From positions 1-42,055 of the forward strand of contig JBIKLL010000017.1 of assembly GCA_044359815.1 (NCBI GenBank): a stretch of DNA of 42,055 nucleotides, in the 5' to 3' direction. The stretch comes from Pseudobdellovibrionaceae bacterium. GTDB lineage: Bacteria > Bdellovibrionota > Bdellovibrionia > Bdellovibrionales > Bdellovibrionaceae. Shown here one piece after another: positions 27,756 through 40,133 of the stretch. Position numbers and translations under genes: made by a program. The number at the start of each line of letters is the position of its first letter. Position 1 is the first letter of the stretch. The notes under the pieces are model-generated. The model did no database searches and was not told the origin of the DNA. It saw only the letters and a program-made list of their open reading frames with translations.

Positions 27756-28028
27756 TTATCCCTTTTTAGCTTCTACAACTTCAACTAGCGTCCATCTTTT
27801 GGTTTTGCTAATAGGTTTTGATTCCCTAATACGAACAACATCGCCTTCTTTCGCAATGCCCTTTTCATCATGAGCCTTAAAAATCGAGCTTCTTTTCAAA
27901 TATTTTCCATACTTTGGGTGTCTAATCATTCTATAAACTTCAACGCTTATAGTTTTTTGCATTTTATTAGAAACAACTTCTCCGAGAACCTCAATTTTTC
28001 GGCCTCTCACTGATTCTTGTGTGTTCAT
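27756..28028 (-). CDS. rpsQ: 30S ribosomal protein S17
   Basis: [27 protein letters not shown]. Confidence 0.97.
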   Translation of the reverse strand: MNTQESVRGRKIEVLGEVVSNKMQKTISVEVYRMIRHPKYGKYLKRSSIFKAHDEKGIAKEGDVVRIRESKPISKTKRWTLVEVVEAKKG

Positions 28029-28222
28029 TTTTGCTCCTTAGCGCTTAAAGAAATTGCCGTGTTGTATCTTGCAATGTCTTTCTTCAGAAAACGAATGCTG
28101 ACAGGATTTCCCAATTGCCCAAGCTGATTTTTCATCCTGGCTTGAAACAATTCTTTTACAACTTCATTTCGTTTTTTTGTTAGTTCATTCACAGACAAAC
28201 TTTTAACATCTTTAAATTCCAT
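28025..28222 (-). CDS. rpmC: 50S ribosomal protein L29
   Basis: ELFQARM...GQL.NP..I...KKDIAR; position in operon. Confidence 0.95.
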   Translation of the reverse strand: MEFKDVKSLSVNELTKKRNEVVKELFQARMKNQLGQLGNPVSIRFLKKDIARYNTAISLSAKEQK

Positions 28223-28225
28223 AAC

Positions 28226-28633
28226 CTATTCCCTTACCAAAAACTTAGTTTTGAATGGTAACTTGTGAGCAGCCCTCAAGAATGCTTCTTGAGCTTGTTC
28301 TTTTGTAACTCCATTCATCTCAAATAAAATTTTCCCAGGTAATACTCTAGCTACCCAAAATTCAGGATTACCCTTACCAGATCCCATTCGAACCTCTGCT
28401 GGTTTTTTAGTAACTGGAATATTTGGAAATACGCGACACCAGATTTTGCCACCTCTTTTAATACTTCGGGCAATTGCAATCCTGCCTGCTTCAAGCTGAC
28501 GTGCTGTCAATCGGCCTTCCTCAGTTGCTTGCAAAGCAAAGTCTCCAAAATCAATATTGGAACCACGGTAAGCTAAACCTGTAGCTCGTCCAACAAATTG
28601 TTTTCTATGTTTTACCTTCTTAGGACTTAACAC
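28226..28633 (-). CDS. rplP: 50S ribosomal protein L16
   Basis: [20 protein letters not shown]. Confidence 0.98.
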   Translation of the reverse strand: MLSPKKVKHRKQFVGRATGLAYRGSNIDFGDFALQATEEGRLTARQLEAGRIAIARSIKRGGKIWCRVFPNIPVTKKPAEVRMGSGKGNPEFWVARVLPGKILFEMNGVTKEQAQEAFLRAAHKLPFKTKFLVRE

Positions 28634-29285
28634 GACCGGCCTCCTCTACTTCACGAGCAGACAAAATATCACCTTTATAAATCCATACTTTCATTCCAAT
28701 AATTCCATAAGCTGTTAGAGCTTCAGCTGTTCCATAATCAATATCAGCACGTAGAGTGTGCAATGGAACGCTCTTTTCATTGTACCATTCAGACCTAGCA
28801 ATCTCGGCGCCATCAAGTCTTCCTGAAACACGAATTTTTATACCTCTAACTCCGCCTTTAATAGCTGCAGCCAAGGCTTTCTTCATAGCCCTTCTCCAAG
28901 AAATACGCTTTTCCAATTGTAGCGCAATATTTTCAGCTACCAATCGAGCATCGACATCAGGTTTTCTTACTTCTTGAATATTCAAGAACACTTCGTTCTT
29001 AGTGAGTTTTTGAACATCAGCTTTTAAAGAGTCAATTCCAGTACCTTTTTTACCGATTACAACGCCGGGTCTGGCTGTTAAAATGATGATTTTAACCTTA
29101 TTTGCCGCTCTTTCGATTTCAATTTTAGCAACACCAGCATGCTTAAGTTTATCCATTAAATATTTTCTAAGCTTAATGTCTTCATGAAGATTGTCGTAAT
29201 ACAATTTTCCTTTGGCGTACCATCTTGAATCCCAAGTTCTAATTACGCCTACTCTTAAACCAATCGGATTAACCTTTTGTCCCAC
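28620..29285 (-). CDS. rpsC: 30S ribosomal protein S3
   Basis: [32 protein letters not shown]. Confidence 0.98.
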   Translation of the reverse strand: MGQKVNPIGLRVGVIRTWDSRWYAKGKLYYDNLHEDIKLRKYLMDKLKHAGVAKIEIERAANKVKIIILTARPGVVIGKKGTGIDSLKADVQKLTKNEVFLNIQEVRKPDVDARLVAENIALQLEKRISWRRAMKKALAAAIKGGVRGIKIRVSGRLDGAEIARSEWYNEKSVPLHTLRADIDYGTAEALTAYGIIGMKVWIYKGDILSAREVEEAGRVKS

Positions 29286-29287
29286 TT

Positions 29288-29620
29288 TTACCTCTCATCC
29301 AAAACGATGTTGATATGGCAAGTTCTTTTTCTGACTCCAAAAGCTCGCCCCTGGGCTCTAGGACGAAATCTTTTCAGAACTGGTCCTTGATCAACCCATA
29401 CTCGCTTTAAATAAAGCTTATCCACATCAATTGTTTTTTTGTAATCTGCATTTGCTACAGCTGATTCCAAAAGTTTCTTCATCAAATCGCCAGTTTTTTT
29501 ATTTAAAAACGTCAAAGTTTTCAAAGCATCACTGACTTCTTTTCCTCGAATTAAATCGGCCACTAGACGAGCTTTTTGCTCCCCAACTCGCGCATTATTT
29601 AATTTAGCTTTTACTTCCAT
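29288..29620 (-). CDS. rplV: 50S ribosomal protein L22
   Basis: [21 protein letters not shown]. Confidence 0.97.
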   Translation of the reverse strand: MEVKAKLNNARVGEQKARLVADLIRGKEVSDALKTLTFLNKKTGDLMKKLLESAVANADYKKTIDVDKLYLKRVWVDQGPVLKRFRPRAQGRAFGVRKRTCHINIVLDER

Positions 29621-29632
29621 AATTACTCCAAC

Positions 29633-29932
29633 CTAATCTTTAGTCGCAGCTGCGCCGCCTGCAGGAGCTGCTTTCTTATCAGAATGACCATTAAATACTC
29701 TGGTAGGTGCAAACTCACCAAATTTATGACCAATCATATTTTCTGTAACGTACACTGGAACAAATTTTTTGCCGTTATGAACTGCAAATGTAAGTCCGAC
29801 AGCTTCGGGCAAAATAGTCGATCTTCTTGACCATGTTTTAATAACTTTTTTATCGTTTTTTTGAACCGCATGATCGATTTTCTTCATTAGTGGCAAATCT
29901 ACGAACGGTCCTTTTTTTATTGATCTAGGCAC
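29633..29932 (-). CDS. rpsS: 30S ribosomal protein S19
   Basis: [28 protein letters not shown]. Confidence 0.98.
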   Translation of the reverse strand: MPRSIKKGPFVDLPLMKKIDHAVQKNDKKVIKTWSRRSTILPEAVGLTFAVHNGKKFVPVYVTENMIGHKFGEFAPTRVFNGHSDKKAAPAGGAAATKD

Positions 29933-29943
29933 TTTCTAATCTC

Positions 29944-30762
29944 CTATTTCCTACGTTTTACAATAGTCCAGTTAGTACGTTTATTATTTCTTGTCTTATA
30001 TCCCTTACAAGGTTGCCCCCAAGGTGTCACAGGATGATGACCTTTACCGACTCCTTCACCACCACCTAGTGGATGGTCAACTGGATTCATAGCCATACCT
30101 CTGACTCCAGGTCTGATACCTCTCCACCTAGAGCGGCCAGCTTTACCCAGACTGATATTTTCATTATCTGTGTTTCCTACTTGTCCAATTGAAGCTCTGC
30201 AAATTGATTGAAAAATCTTAACTTCACCAGAAGGCAATCTAACCTGACAGGTCTCGCCATCTTTTGAGACCAACACTGCGCCCACACCAGCACCTCTAAC
30301 GTACTGAGCACCTTTACCTGGACGACCTTCCAAATTGTGAATGATCGTTCCAACAGGAATTGCGTGAAGAGGAAGTGAATTCCCGGGTTTGATATCTGCA
30401 TCTTTTGATGAAACTACTGCGTCGCCAACATTCAATCCGATAGGAGCTATAATATAAGATTTTGTTCCATCTTTGTAAAAGATCAAAGCAATTCGACAAG
30501 TTCGGTTTGGGTCGTACTCAATTGCTTTTACTACTGCGGGAACTTCTAATTTATCTCTTTTGAAATCTACGATTCTGTATCTTTTTTTATGACCTCCACC
30601 AATGTGCCTCATGGTAATCTGACCATGATTATTTCTGGCGGCTTTCCTTCTGATTGGCTCGGTTAAGCTCTTTTCAGGTTTAGTTTTTGTGATTTCAGAA
30701 AAATCAAATCCAATAACAGCTCTTAAAGCATGTGATGTTGGATTAAATACTTTTATACCCAT
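29944..30762 (-). CDS. rplB: 50S ribosomal protein L2
   Basis: [25 protein letters not shown]. Confidence 0.98.
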   Translation of the reverse strand: MGIKVFNPTSHALRAVIGFDFSEITKTKPEKSLTEPIRRKAARNNHGQITMRHIGGGHKKRYRIVDFKRDKLEVPAVVKAIEYDPNRTCRIALIFYKDGTKSYIIAPIGLNVGDAVVSSKDADIKPGNSLPLHAIPVGTIIHNLEGRPGKGAQYVRGAGVGAVLVSKDGETCQVRLPSGEVKIFQSICRASIGQVGNTDNENISLGKAGRSRWRGIRPGVRGMAMNPVDHPLGGGEGVGKGHHPVTPWGQPCKGYKTRNNKRTNWTIVKRRK

Positions 30763-30765
30763 AAA

Positions 30766-31044
30766 TTATACTCCCTCAAACAGAGCGATTTTCTCGCCAG
30801 CCTTTAATTGAACAAAAGCTTTTTTCCACCTTGGCGTTCTGCCATAACCAAACTTAGTCACTTTTGCTCGGCCTCGACAGTTAGCAGTTCTTACAGAATT
30901 AACTTTAACTCCGAATGACTTCTCAACATCGCTCAGAATTTCTTCTTTAGAAGCGTCTGGCTTAACTTCAAATACGTAAACGCCTCGAGCATTATGAACA
31001 GTGTTTTTCTCAGTAATCAAAGGTCTAACAATTTTTGATTCCAT
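30766..31044 (-). CDS. rplW: 50S ribosomal protein L23
   Basis: PLITEK, FGVKV, WKKAFVQL. Confidence 0.96.
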   Translation of the reverse strand: MESKIVRPLITEKNTVHNARGVYVFEVKPDASKEEILSDVEKSFGVKVNSVRTANCRGRAKVTKFGYGRTPRWKKAFVQLKAGEKIALFEGV

Positions 31045-31667
31045 TAATCCACCTTACATCTTTCTACGATCTTGCTGACTGAGTCCTTAGAAAGAACCAG
31101 ATGATCCATTTTCAAAAGATCAAACACATTCAAACCAGCAACAGGAAAATACTTATAAGAAACTAAATTACGACTGGCTCTTTTGACTTTCTCATCAACA
31201 ACAGCATCAACCAAGAGAGCTTTCGTGCAGCCAAACTGCTTCAGGCGCTTAGCCAATTCTGCAGATTTTCCTTCAGATTTTATAGATTCTACGACAAACA
31301 GACGTCCTTCTTTATTCAAATAAGAAAGAGCCACTTTCAATCCTAATTTTCTAACTTTTTTAGGAAGTGTGAAGCTGTAGTCCTTAGGAATTGGACCAAA
31401 TAGTTTAGCTCCGCCTGGCATCAATGGACTTCTGGTTGAACCCTGACGAGCATTACCAGTGCCTTTTTGTTTGAATGGCTTTTTACCACCACCACTGACA
31501 AAGCCTCGTGTCTTTGTCATGTGTGTTCCCTGACGACGAGAAGCTAACTGCCATTCAACAACCTGTTGTAAGACATTTTGTTTTAGCTCTACTCCAAAAA
31601 CTGAATCATCAAGCTCTGTAGAGCCTACTTTTTCTTTCTTCCAATTTAATACATCTACTTTTGACAT
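31044..31667 (-). CDS. rplD: 50S ribosomal protein L4
   Basis: RQGTH.TKTR, KPFKQKGTGNARQGS. Confidence 0.97.
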   Translation of the reverse strand: MSKVDVLNWKKEKVGSTELDDSVFGVELKQNVLQQVVEWQLASRRQGTHMTKTRGFVSGGGKKPFKQKGTGNARQGSTRSPLMPGGAKLFGPIPKDYSFTLPKKVRKLGLKVALSYLNKEGRLFVVESIKSEGKSAELAKRLKQFGCTKALLVDAVVDEKVKRASRNLVSYKYFPVAGLNVFDLLKMDHLVLSKDSVSKIVERCKVD

Positions 31668-31668
31668 T

Positions 31669-32340
31669 TTATACCTTCACCAACTGAATTAATGAGTTTC
31701 TTGAACCAGGTACTGGACCCTTAATAAAAATCACGTTTTCATCTTTTAATACATCAACAACTTCAACGTTACTTCTGGTGGTTTTCTCAACTCCATAGTG
31801 TCCAGGAAACTTTTTACCCGGCATCACTCGCCCCGGCCAAGTTCTGTTACCACTTGATCCTGGTCTTCTGTGAAACTTAGATCCGTGAGATGCAGGTCCA
31901 CCCGCAAAGTTCCATCTGCGCTGAGATCCACAAAAGCCATGACCCTTTGAAACGCCAGTGACTCTTACAACATCACCCTTTTTGAGTGATTCTATGGATA
32001 CCAAAGATCCAGACTTTAACTCGTATTTACCTTGAACTTCTCTTACGAAAGCAGCACCGTTTTCAAAGCCAGCAGATTTCACCGCTACTTTATTGCTCTT
32101 AGAAGCATTTTTAGCTTTCAAAGGTTTGCATGCAATTTGAACTGCTTCATATCCGTCTTTTTCTTTAGTTTTACTTCTGACGACATACCAAGGATCAAAT
32201 CTTAAAACTGTTACAGGAATAGACTCACCTTTTTCATTAAAAATTGAAGCCATTCCTTCTTTGAACGCAAACAATCCGTTTAACAAATTGGCGCTTTTGC
32301 TTTCTGAACCTTTATTTTCATTTTCGTTATTTTCACTCAC
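31669..32340 (-). CDS. rplC: 50S ribosomal protein L3
   Basis: PVTVL, DGYEAVQ, GGPASHGS..HRRPGS, KGPVPG. Confidence 0.97.
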   Translation of the reverse strand: MSENNENENKGSESKSANLLNGLFAFKEGMASIFNEKGESIPVTVLRFDPWYVVRSKTKEKDGYEAVQIACKPLKAKNASKSNKVAVKSAGFENGAAFVREVQGKYELKSGSLVSIESLKKGDVVRVTGVSKGHGFCGSQRRWNFAGGPASHGSKFHRRPGSSGNRTWPGRVMPGKKFPGHYGVEKTTRSNVEVVDVLKDENVIFIKGPVPGSRNSLIQLVKV

Positions 32341-32355
32341 AAATCACCTCGCCAA

Positions 32356-32676
32356 TTAAATTGCTGAAAGTTTAATTTCTACATCGACACCAGCTGACAG
32401 ATCCAGCTTCATAAGCTGATCAACTGTTTGTTGTGTAGGCTCAAGAATGTCTAACAATCTTTTGTGTGTTCTGATTTCAAACTGCTCTCTTGATTTTTTA
32501 TCAACGTGAGGAGATCTCAAAACCGTAAAACGATTGATCCTAGTAGGAAGCGGAATCGGTCCTGCCACACGTGCGCCTGTTCTTCTGGCTGTGTCTACGA
32601 TTTCTTTTGTCGATTGATCCAAAAGTTTGTGATCAAAAGCTCTCAGTCTGATTCTGATTTTCTGACTCTGCTGCAT
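32356..32676 (-). CDS. rpsJ: 30S ribosomal protein S10
   Basis: [27 protein letters not shown]. Confidence 0.98.
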   Translation of the reverse strand: MQQSQKIRIRLRAFDHKLLDQSTKEIVDTARRTGARVAGPIPLPTRINRFTVLRSPHVDKKSREQFEIRTHKRLLDILEPTQQTVDQLMKLDLSAGVDVEIKLSAI

Positions 32677-32841
32677 ATTTCCTTCCTTAAGCTGCTACCT
32701 TTTTTGACTTAGATTTCAAAAAAATTTCCAACTTTTTAAAAAAATAAACCACCCGTCGACCTTTACTAGTTGCTTTCAAATTTTAATTTGATGCTTAACT
32801 AAAAAGACCTGAAACGATGGTTTCTGCTTTTCAAGAGCTGG

Positions 32842-32871
32842 AATATGCCTTGCCATATTAAATAATGTCAA
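32842..32871 (-). promoter_or_regulatory. Putative sigma70 promoter of the S10 operon
   Basis: Minus strand TTGACA (32871-32866), 18 bp spacer, CATATT (32847-32842), with an AT-rich UP-like region upstream. Confidence 0.45.
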
Positions 32872-32895
32872 AGCTATTTATTTAAAATTATCTGT

Positions 32896-34998
32896 CTAGA
32901 ATCGACCCAATTTATGAAGTATTTCTTCTCGGATTTTCGGAGGGACTTCAGAGTATTCCTTAAATTCCATGGAAAAGCTGGCTCTACCTTGAGTTAAAGA
33001 TCTAACTTCGGTGGCATACCCAAACATATTTGCTAAGGGAACCTCAGCGTTTACCATTTGACCGCCACCGGGCTTGACACCTATCGATAAGACCTTGCCC
33101 CTTCGTGAATTTAAATCACTAATGACGGTTCCAATAAAGTCATCTGGTGCAGAGACTTCAATTTTAAAAAGTGGTTCCAATAAAAAGCTGGTGGCTTTCT
33201 TTAAAGCTTCCCTAAAAGCCAATGATCCCGCAGCCTTAAAGGCAATTTCAGTCGCTGATTTTTCATCTTTTATTTCAAATTTGGTCACCTTAACCTGCAA
33301 ATCAATCAAGGAAAACCCTGCTATGGCACCTACTTCAGCTGCTTCCTTAATCCCTTGCTCCGCCATTTTAACTTGATGAGCCAAGTTCGGTGGAAAAGCC
33401 CCAGTTAAAACCTTAATCCCAGAACCTCTTTGAAGGGGTTCAATGTCTAGAGTGATCTTGGCAAAATGAAGATCACCGCCTAACTCACGGTCGTAAACAT
33501 AAGTTGCTGAGGTTTTATTTGAAATAGTTTCCCTATAAGAAACCTGTGGCTTTCCAACATTTGCTGATATTTTGTGCTCTCTAAACAAGCGATCTACCAA
33601 AATCTCTAAGTGCAATTCACCCATTCCAGATAGCAAAGTCTGGCCAGATTCTAAGTCTTGTCGGATCTTGGCCGATGGATCTTCTTTAACTAATTTTTCT
33701 AAACCAATCAGCATTTTGTCCTGATCAGAGGATGATTTGGCTTCTACTGCCACAGAAATTACGGGCTCAGGGAAGGTGATGCTCTCTAGAACAATGGGAT
33801 GCTTTGAATCCACTAAGGTATCGCCTGTTCCTGAAAACTTCAGACCAATAATCGCTCCGATATCACCAGCTCTTAAAGTTTTAACTTCAGCTCGAGAATT
33901 AGCATGCATTTTGACAATTTTTTGAATTCTTTCGCGCTTATCAACCCTGGGGTTTAAAACAGATTCACCCGTTTCAATTTTGCCAGAATACACTCTCACA
34001 AAATTCAAAGTACCCGCAAAAGGATCGTTGGCAATTTTAAAAACTAACCCAACAAACGGGTCATCAAATTTTGGCTTACAAATGACTTCTTTAGTTTCAT
34101 CATCAACTTTTTTACCGCTAATCGGAGGAACATCCAAAGGGCTCGGCAAATAAAAAACTGTGGCGTCAATCAAAGGCTGAACACCTTTATTTTTAAATGC
34201 AGCTCCACATAATACTGGAAAAACTTTTAATTGAATGACAGCTTTTCTGAGGGCTTTCCGTAGCTGGTCTGCCGAAATTGACTTACCCTCTAAAAACATT
34301 TCAGTCAGTTGATCGTCAAATTCAGCGATTCTTTCGATCACGTCATTCCTGACTTGATCAACTTCATCCTTCATTTCTGAGGGAATTTCAGCTTCACGAT
34401 ATTTGTCACCCAATCCTGACGAATCCCAAATCAATGCTTTGTTTTCAAGAACATCCACGACTCCGATGAACGAGTCCTCTGATCCGATTGGCATTTGAAT
34501 TACTAAAGGATTAGCACCTAGCTTTTCTCGGATAGAATTAACACTCATCCAAAAATCAGCACCCACTCTGTCCATTTTATTAATAAAACAAATTCTTGGG
34601 ACCTTATATTTGTCGGCTTGTTTCCATACGGTTTCAGATTGAGGCTCTACACCACTGACTCCATCAAAAACCGCGATAGCACCATCCAAGACTCTTAAGG
34701 ATCTCTCAACTTCGATGGTAAAATCAACGTGTCCAGGTGTATCTATTATATTTAATCGGTGATCTTTCCAAAGCAATGTCGTCGCAGCGGCGGTGATTGT
34801 AATTCCACGCTCTTGTTCTTGCTCCATCCAATCCATGGTGGCAGCGCCATCATGGACCTCTCCGATTTTGTGACTTTTTCCAGAATAAAAAAGAATTCGC
34901 TCAGTCGTTGTCGTTTTACCCGCATCAATATGGGCCATAATTCCGAAATTGCGGGTGTACTGCAACTCGCTTTCGGTTTGTGGGTCTAACACTGACAT
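32896..34998 (-). CDS. fusA: Elongation factor G (str-operon copy, divergent domain IV)
   Basis: [49 protein letters not shown]. Confidence 0.96.
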   Translation of the reverse strand: MSVLDPQTESELQYTRNFGIMAHIDAGKTTTTERILFYSGKSHKIGEVHDGAATMDWMEQEQERGITITAAATTLLWKDHRLNIIDTPGHVDFTIEVERSLRVLDGAIAVFDGVSGVEPQSETVWKQADKYKVPRICFINKMDRVGADFWMSVNSIREKLGANPLVIQMPIGSEDSFIGVVDVLENKALIWDSSGLGDKYREAEIPSEMKDEVDQVRNDVIERIAEFDDQLTEMFLEGKSISADQLRKALRKAVIQLKVFPVLCGAAFKNKGVQPLIDATVFYLPSPLDVPPISGKKVDDETKEVICKPKFDDPFVGLVFKIANDPFAGTLNFVRVYSGKIETGESVLNPRVDKRERIQKIVKMHANSRAEVKTLRAGDIGAIIGLKFSGTGDTLVDSKHPIVLESITFPEPVISVAVEAKSSSDQDKMLIGLEKLVKEDPSAKIRQDLESGQTLLSGMGELHLEILVDRLFREHKISANVGKPQVSYRETISNKTSATYVYDRELGGDLHFAKITLDIEPLQRGSGIKVLTGAFPPNLAHQVKMAEQGIKEAAEVGAIAGFSLIDLQVKVTKFEIKDEKSATEIAFKAAGSLAFREALKKATSFLLEPLFKIEVSAPDDFIGTVISDLNSRRGKVLSIGVKPGGGQMVNAEVPLANMFGYATEVRSLTQGRASFSMEFKEYSEVPPKIREEILHKLGRF

Positions 34999-35019
34999 AA
35001 AATATTATTTCGACTTAGT

Positions 35020-35493
35020 TTACCAATTATAATGAGAGAATGCTTTGTTAGCTTCAGCCATTTTATGAACGTCTTCACGTTTTTTGATGGCGTTGCCTTT
35101 ATTGTTAAAAGCATCCAAAATCTCACCCGCTAAACGCTGAGCATAGTTTTTTTCACCACGTTCTCTTGAATATTCAATCAGCCATCTCATTGACAAAGCA
35201 AGCCGTCTTGACGGTCTTACATCGATAGGTACTTGGTAAGTTGCTCCACCCACTCGACGAGATCTTACTTCCAAAAGAGGTTTGCAATTTTCAATGGCTT
35301 TTTTAAAAACATTGATAGGTTCTTCGGCTGGCATTTTTGTTTTAACTTCATCCAATGCTCCGTAAAACAATTGCTGGGCAGTGCTCTTTTTACCACTGTA
35401 CATCATCTTGTTAATGAACTTAGCAATGACAACATCTTTAAAAACTGCGTCTGGAATAATTTCTCTTTTATATGTTTTTTTTCTGCGAGACAT
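35020..35493 (-). CDS. rpsG: 30S ribosomal protein S7
   Basis: [25 protein letters not shown]. Confidence 0.98.
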   Translation of the reverse strand: MSRRKKTYKREIIPDAVFKDVVIAKFINKMMYSGKKSTAQQLFYGALDEVKTKMPAEEPINVFKKAIENCKPLLEVRSRRVGGATYQVPIDVRPSRRLALSMRWLIEYSRERGEKNYAQRLAGEILDAFNNKGNAIKKREDVHKMAEANKAFSHYNW

Positions 35494-35509
35494 TTTTAAT
35501 CCTTAATAA

Positions 35510-35884
35510 TTATTTTTTAGGTTTCTTTGCGCCATATTTAGATCGACTAGATAAACGACCATTCACACCTTGAAGATCTAAAACACCTCTGACGATGTGA
35601 TAACGAACACCTGGAAGATCTTTTACCCTGCCACCACGAATAAGAACCACCGAGTGCTCTTGTAAATTATGTCCAATACCCGGAATATAAGAAATAACCT
35701 CGAAGCCGTTTGATAAACGAACTTTGGCTACTTTTCGAAGTGCCGAGTTTGGTTTCTTGGGAGTTGTTGTGTACACTCTTGTACAAACACCTCTACGTTG
35801 GGGACAAGACGCCAGAGCTGGTGACTTGGTTTGATTTTTTTGAATCACTCTTTCTCGGCGAATCAACTGATTAATTGTTGGCAT
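35510..35884 (-). CDS. rpsL: 30S ribosomal protein S12
   Basis: [29 protein letters not shown]. Confidence 0.99.
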   Translation of the reverse strand: MPTINQLIRRERVIQKNQTKSPALASCPQRRGVCTRVYTTTPKKPNSALRKVAKVRLSNGFEVISYIPGIGHNLQEHSVVLIRGGRVKDLPGVRYHIVRGVLDLQGVNGRLSSRSKYGAKKPKK

Positions 35885-35937
35885 TAAAACCTCTGTAAAT
35901 CGTTAAATAGTGGACAAACATACATATTTTTTCCGTC

Positions 35938-35964
35938 AAGGGTCAACTAGTTTAGTTGACCCTT
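35938..35964. terminator. Perfect 12-bp hairpin between rpoC and rpsL (terminator-like)
   Basis: AAGGGTCAACTA-GTT-TAGTTGACCCTT. The T-rich tail is on the + strand side only. Confidence 0.55.
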
Positions 35965-35983
35965 TTAATTTCTAAATCCGTTA

Positions 35984-38900
35984 TCAAGGCTGTGTTGTTG
36001 CAGCACCAAATCCTGGCAGTGATACTGTAGGAGAATAGTCATCTTCAACAACTCTTACTTTCCAACGTTTATAAGTGGTTAGACCTGTTCCAGCTGGAAT
36101 TAATCTACCCATAATGATATTTTCCTTAAGTCCTCTTAAGCCATCAATACGAGAATTAATCGCCGCTTCAGTCAAAACTTTAGTCGTTTCTTGGAAGCTG
36201 GCAGCTGAAATCCAACTGTCTGTGCTTAGTGATACTTTTGTGATTCCCAGCAATAAAGGCTCACAAGTCGCTACCTGACCACCCTCTTTTGTGACTCTAT
36301 CTAGCTCTTCCTGGAACGCATATTTTTCAACTTGTTCACCAGCAAGGAATCTTGAATCACCAGGATTTACAACCTGAACTTTACGCAGCATCTGGCGGAC
36401 TATAACTTCGATATGCTTATCATTGATTGCAACCCCTTGAAGTCTGTAAACCTCTTGGATTTCATTCACCAAATAAGCTGCCAAAGCCTTTTCACCCAGA
36501 ACGCGCAAAATGTCATGAGGATTAGTAGGACCATCCATCAATGCTTCACCAGCTTTTACATACTCACCTTCTCTGACAGCAATGTGCTTGCCCTTAGGAA
36601 TCAAGTATTCGCGTTGTTCTCCGACTTCCGGAGTAACAATCACTCGCTGTTTACCTTTCACGTTTGATCCGAAAGTCACATAACCATCGATTTCTGAAAT
36701 GATCGCTGCCTCTTTGGGCTTACGAGCTTCAAAAAGCTCAGCAACCCTTGGAAGACCGCCCGTGATATCTTTCGTTTTAGAAGTTTCTCGGTGAAGTTTT
36801 GCAATCACATCCCCAGCGTGAACTTCTTGCTGATCAATAACCAACAATTGAGCGCCAACCGGGATTAAATATCTGGCTGGAGCATCACGGCCCGGAAGGT
36901 TTTGAACTTTTCCACTGGCATCAGTCAGCATTAGAGCTGGCTTCAGTTCAGCAGATTTAGATTCAATAATCACTTTAGTCGCAAAACCGGTCACTGAATC
37001 AACTTGTTCAGCCATGGTCACGCCTTCTTCCATATCCTGAAATTGAACTTTTGCGGAAATTTCAGAGATAATTGGATTTGCGTAAGGATCCCATTCAGCA
37101 ACGACTGCACCCTTAGAAACTTTTTGACCGTCTTTAAAGTTTAATACAGCACCGTAAACGATTTTGAATTTCTCACGTTCACGACCAGCATCATCAACGA
37201 CAATGACTTCACCGTTTCTGTTCATAACAGTCAGTTTTCCGTTTCTGTTAGTCACAGCATGAATGCCATTGAATTTGACTGTACCTTCAAATCTTGAAGT
37301 GTGAACGGATTGTTCAACGGCACGAGAAGCAGCTCCACCCAAGTGGAAGGTTCTCATCGTTAACTGAGTCCCCGGTTCACCAATTGACTGAGCTGCGATG
37401 ATACCAACAGTTTCACCCAAGTTTGCAGTGTGTCCTCTTGCTAAGTCCCGACCGTAACATCGAACACAGACGCCTCTGCCGGCTTGGCAGGTCAGTGCGG
37501 ATCTGATGAATACTTTTTCAATTCCGGCTTTATCAATTTTTGTAACATCTGTTTCAGAAACTTGATCGCCCGTTTTAACAAAGACTTCATTGCTAGAAGG
37601 GTCGACGATATCTTGCAACGCTGTTCGTCCCAATATCCTGTCACCAAGACCTTGAATGATCTCACCACCTTCGTAAAGTGGAGTGATTTCCAACCCATCA
37701 GTTGTACCACAATCAAATTGTGAAACAACAACGTCTTGGGCCACATCCACTAATCTTCGAGTAAGGTAACCTGAGTTGGCAGTTTTCAACGCTGTATCGG
37801 CCAAACCTTTTCGAGCTCCGTGAGTCGAAATAAAGTATTGCAACACTGTTAATCCCTCTCGGAAATTTGCAGTGATTGGGTTTTCGATAATTTCACCTGA
37901 AGGTTTCGCCATCAACCCCCTCATTCCTCCCAGCTGTCGGATTTGAGCCGCAGAACCCCTGGCTCCAGAATCCGCCATAATAAAGATTGGATTGAAAGAC
38001 GGACCAATAGTTTCTTTACCGTCGATGATAAACTTTTGTTTTTCGATCTGAGACATCATGTCTTTTGCAACTTTGTCCGATGTCTGAGCCCAAATATCCA
38101 CGACTTTATTGTAGCGCTCACCATCTGTGATCAATCCTTCGTCGTACTGTTGCTGAATCTCTGCAACCTGTCGCTCGGCTTCATCGATAAGTTTAATTTT
38201 TGTCTCAGGGATAATCATGTCATCTACACAAATCGACATTCCTGCTTGTGTTGAATACTTAAATCCCATCTCCATGATTTTATCAGCTAAAATACAGGTC
38301 GCTTTTGGACCCGCAAGACGGAAAGTTTTATCAATCAAAGCAGCCAATTGTTTTTTGTTCATCACTAAATTGACGTCTTCAAATGGAACTTCTCGCGGAA
38401 CAATATCACTAAGGATGGCACGACCAACTGTCGTTGATTGAATTTTTCCGTTAATCCTCACCTTACAATCTGCCTGCAGGTCAATTAAACTGGCCTCGAA
38501 AGCAAATTGGGCTTCTTGAACAGTAGCGAATATTTTCCCAGCGCCTTTTGCTCCCGGTCTGCCACGTGTTAACCAGTACATTCCCAAAACAACGTCCTGA
38601 GAAGGATTAATAATTGGTTTGCCGTTGGCAGGACTTAAAATATTGTTAGTCGACATCATCAAAACACGAGCTTCAACTTGAGCTTCGATTGACAACGGAA
38701 CGTGAACAGCCATTTGGTCACCGTCAAAGTCCGCATTGAATGCCGTACAAACTAATGGATGCAATTGAATCGCTTTACCTTCATGCAATACTAATTCAAA
38801 TGCTTGGATTCCAAGTCTGTGCAGTGTTGGCGCACGGTTCAGAAGTACTGGATGTTCTTTTACCACTTCTGCTAAAATATCCCAGACTTCTACTGACTCT

Positions 38901-40108
38901 TGATCAACCAACTTTTTAGCTTGCTTGATTGTTGAAGCCAGACCCTTTTCCTCAAGCTTATTGTAAACAAAGGGTTTAAATAATTCTAAAGCCATCTTTT
39001 TAGGAATACCGCATTGATGCAGTTTAAGTGTTGGACCGACTACGATTACAGAACGGCCCGAGTAATCCACCCTTTTTCCCAAAAGATTTTGCCTGAATCG
39101 ACCCTGCTTGCCTTTAAGCATGTCACTCAAAGATCTTAGAGGTCGCTTGTTTGGACCTGTAAAAGTTTTTCCTCGACGACCATTGTCCAAAAGCGCATCC
39201 ACAGCCTCTTGCAACATTCGTTTTTCATTTCGAATGATAATGTCCGGAGCATTAAGCTCTTGCAATCGCTTAAGACGGTTGTTTCGGTTAATCACTCTTC
39301 TGTAAAGGTCATTCAGATCAGAAGTCGCAAACCTGCCACCATCCAATGGAACCAGCGGTCTTAGATCTGGAGGCAAAACGGGAAGCGCTTCAAGCATCAT
39401 CCAATCAGGTTTGTTGATTGAGCCTTTAAATGCCTCAACAACTTTCAATCGTTTAGTTAATTTTTTAATCTGAGCATCAGATTTAGTTTCCTTAATTTCC
39501 ATTCTCAGTTTTTTAGACAAATATTCTGGATCAATTTTTCGCAGCAATTCTCGGACAGACTCTCCACCCATTCCAGCTTTGAAGTTTGGACCGTATTCAG
39601 TCAAAGCCGCTTGATAAGCTTCTTCTGCTAAAACTTGACCTTCTAACAATGCAGTTTCCATAGGATCAATGACTACATAGGCTTCACAGTAAAGAACCTT
39701 TTCAACTTCTTTAAGAGACAAATTTAACAAATTTCCGATTCTTGAGGGCAAAGACCTTAAAAACCATATATGGGCAACAGGAGTTGCAAGCTCAATGTGT
39801 CCCAGTCTCTCACGTCTTACTTTTGATTGAGTGACTTCAACACCGCATTTTTCACATACTACGCCACGATATTTCATCCTTTTGTATTTACCGCACAAAC
39901 ATTCGTAGTCTTTTATTGGACCAAAAATTTTGGCGCAGAATAGGCCGTCCCTTTCAGGTTTGAAAGTACGGTAATTAATGGTTTCTGGCTTTTTAACTTC
40001 ACCATAAGACCACTCACGAATCATTTCTGGACTGGCCAGTGATACCCTAACGGCATCAAACGAAAGTGGATCTTTTGGCTTATCGAAAAAATTTAATAAA
40101 TCTCTCAA
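35984..40108 (-). CDS. rpoC: RNA polymerase beta' subunit
   Basis: Catalytic NADFDGDQM, Zn ribbon CLCGKYK...[20 protein letters not shown]. Confidence 0.99.
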   Translation of the reverse strand: MRDLLNFFDKPKDPLSFDAVRVSLASPEMIREWSYGEVKKPETINYRTFKPERDGLFCAKIFGPIKDYECLCGKYKRMKYRGVVCEKCGVEVTQSKVRRERLGHIELATPVAHIWFLRSLPSRIGNLLNLSLKEVEKVLYCEAYVVIDPMETALLEGQVLAEEAYQAALTEYGPNFKAGMGGESVRELLRKIDPEYLSKKLRMEIKETKSDAQIKKLTKRLKVVEAFKGSINKPDWMMLEALPVLPPDLRPLVPLDGGRFATSDLNDLYRRVINRNNRLKRLQELNAPDIIIRNEKRMLQEAVDALLDNGRRGKTFTGPNKRPLRSLSDMLKGKQGRFRQNLLGKRVDYSGRSVIVVGPTLKLHQCGIPKKMALELFKPFVYNKLEEKGLASTIKQAKKLVDQESVEVWDILAEVVKEHPVLLNRAPTLHRLGIQAFELVLHEGKAIQLHPLVCTAFNADFDGDQMAVHVPLSIEAQVEARVLMMSTNNILSPANGKPIINPSQDVVLGMYWLTRGRPGAKGAGKIFATVQEAQFAFEASLIDLQADCKVRINGKIQSTTVGRAILSDIVPREVPFEDVNLVMNKKQLAALIDKTFRLAGPKATCILADKIMEMGFKYSTQAGMSICVDDMIIPETKIKLIDEAERQVAEIQQQYDEGLITDGERYNKVVDIWAQTSDKVAKDMMSQIEKQKFIIDGKETIGPSFNPIFIMADSGARGSAAQIRQLGGMRGLMAKPSGEIIENPITANFREGLTVLQYFISTHGARKGLADTALKTANSGYLTRRLVDVAQDVVVSQFDCGTTDGLEITPLYEGGEIIQGLGDRILGRTALQDIVDPSSNEVFVKTGDQVSETDVTKIDKAGIEKVFIRSALTCQAGRGVCVRCYGRDLARGHTANLGETVGIIAAQSIGEPGTQLTMRTFHLGGAASRAVEQSVHTSRFEGTVKFNGIHAVTNRNGKLTVMNRNGEVIVVDDAGREREKFKIVYGAVLNFKDGQKVSKGAVVAEWDPYANPIISEISAKVQFQDMEEGVTMAEQVDSVTGFATKVIIESKSAELKPALMLTDASGKVQNLPGRDAPARYLIPVGAQLLVIDQQEVHAGDVIAKLHRETSKTKDITGGLPRVAELFEARKPKEAAIISEIDGYVTFGSNVKGKQRVIVTPEVGEQREYLIPKGKHIAVREGEYVKAGEALMDGPTNPHDILRVLGEKALAAYLVNEIQEVYRLQGVAINDKHIEVIVRQMLRKVQVVNPGDSRFLAGEQVEKYAFQEELDRVTKEGGQVATCEPLLLGITKVSLSTDSWISAASFQETTKVLTEAAINSRIDGLRGLKENIIMGRLIPAGTGLTTYKRWKVRVVEDDYSPTVSLPGFGAATTQP

Positions 40109-40133
40109 GTGTCACCTCTTATTTTAATTTAGT

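Noticed and set aside
35510..35884. Streptomycin-resistance allele of rpsL
   Set aside because: PKKPNS and RVKDLP motifs are wild type.
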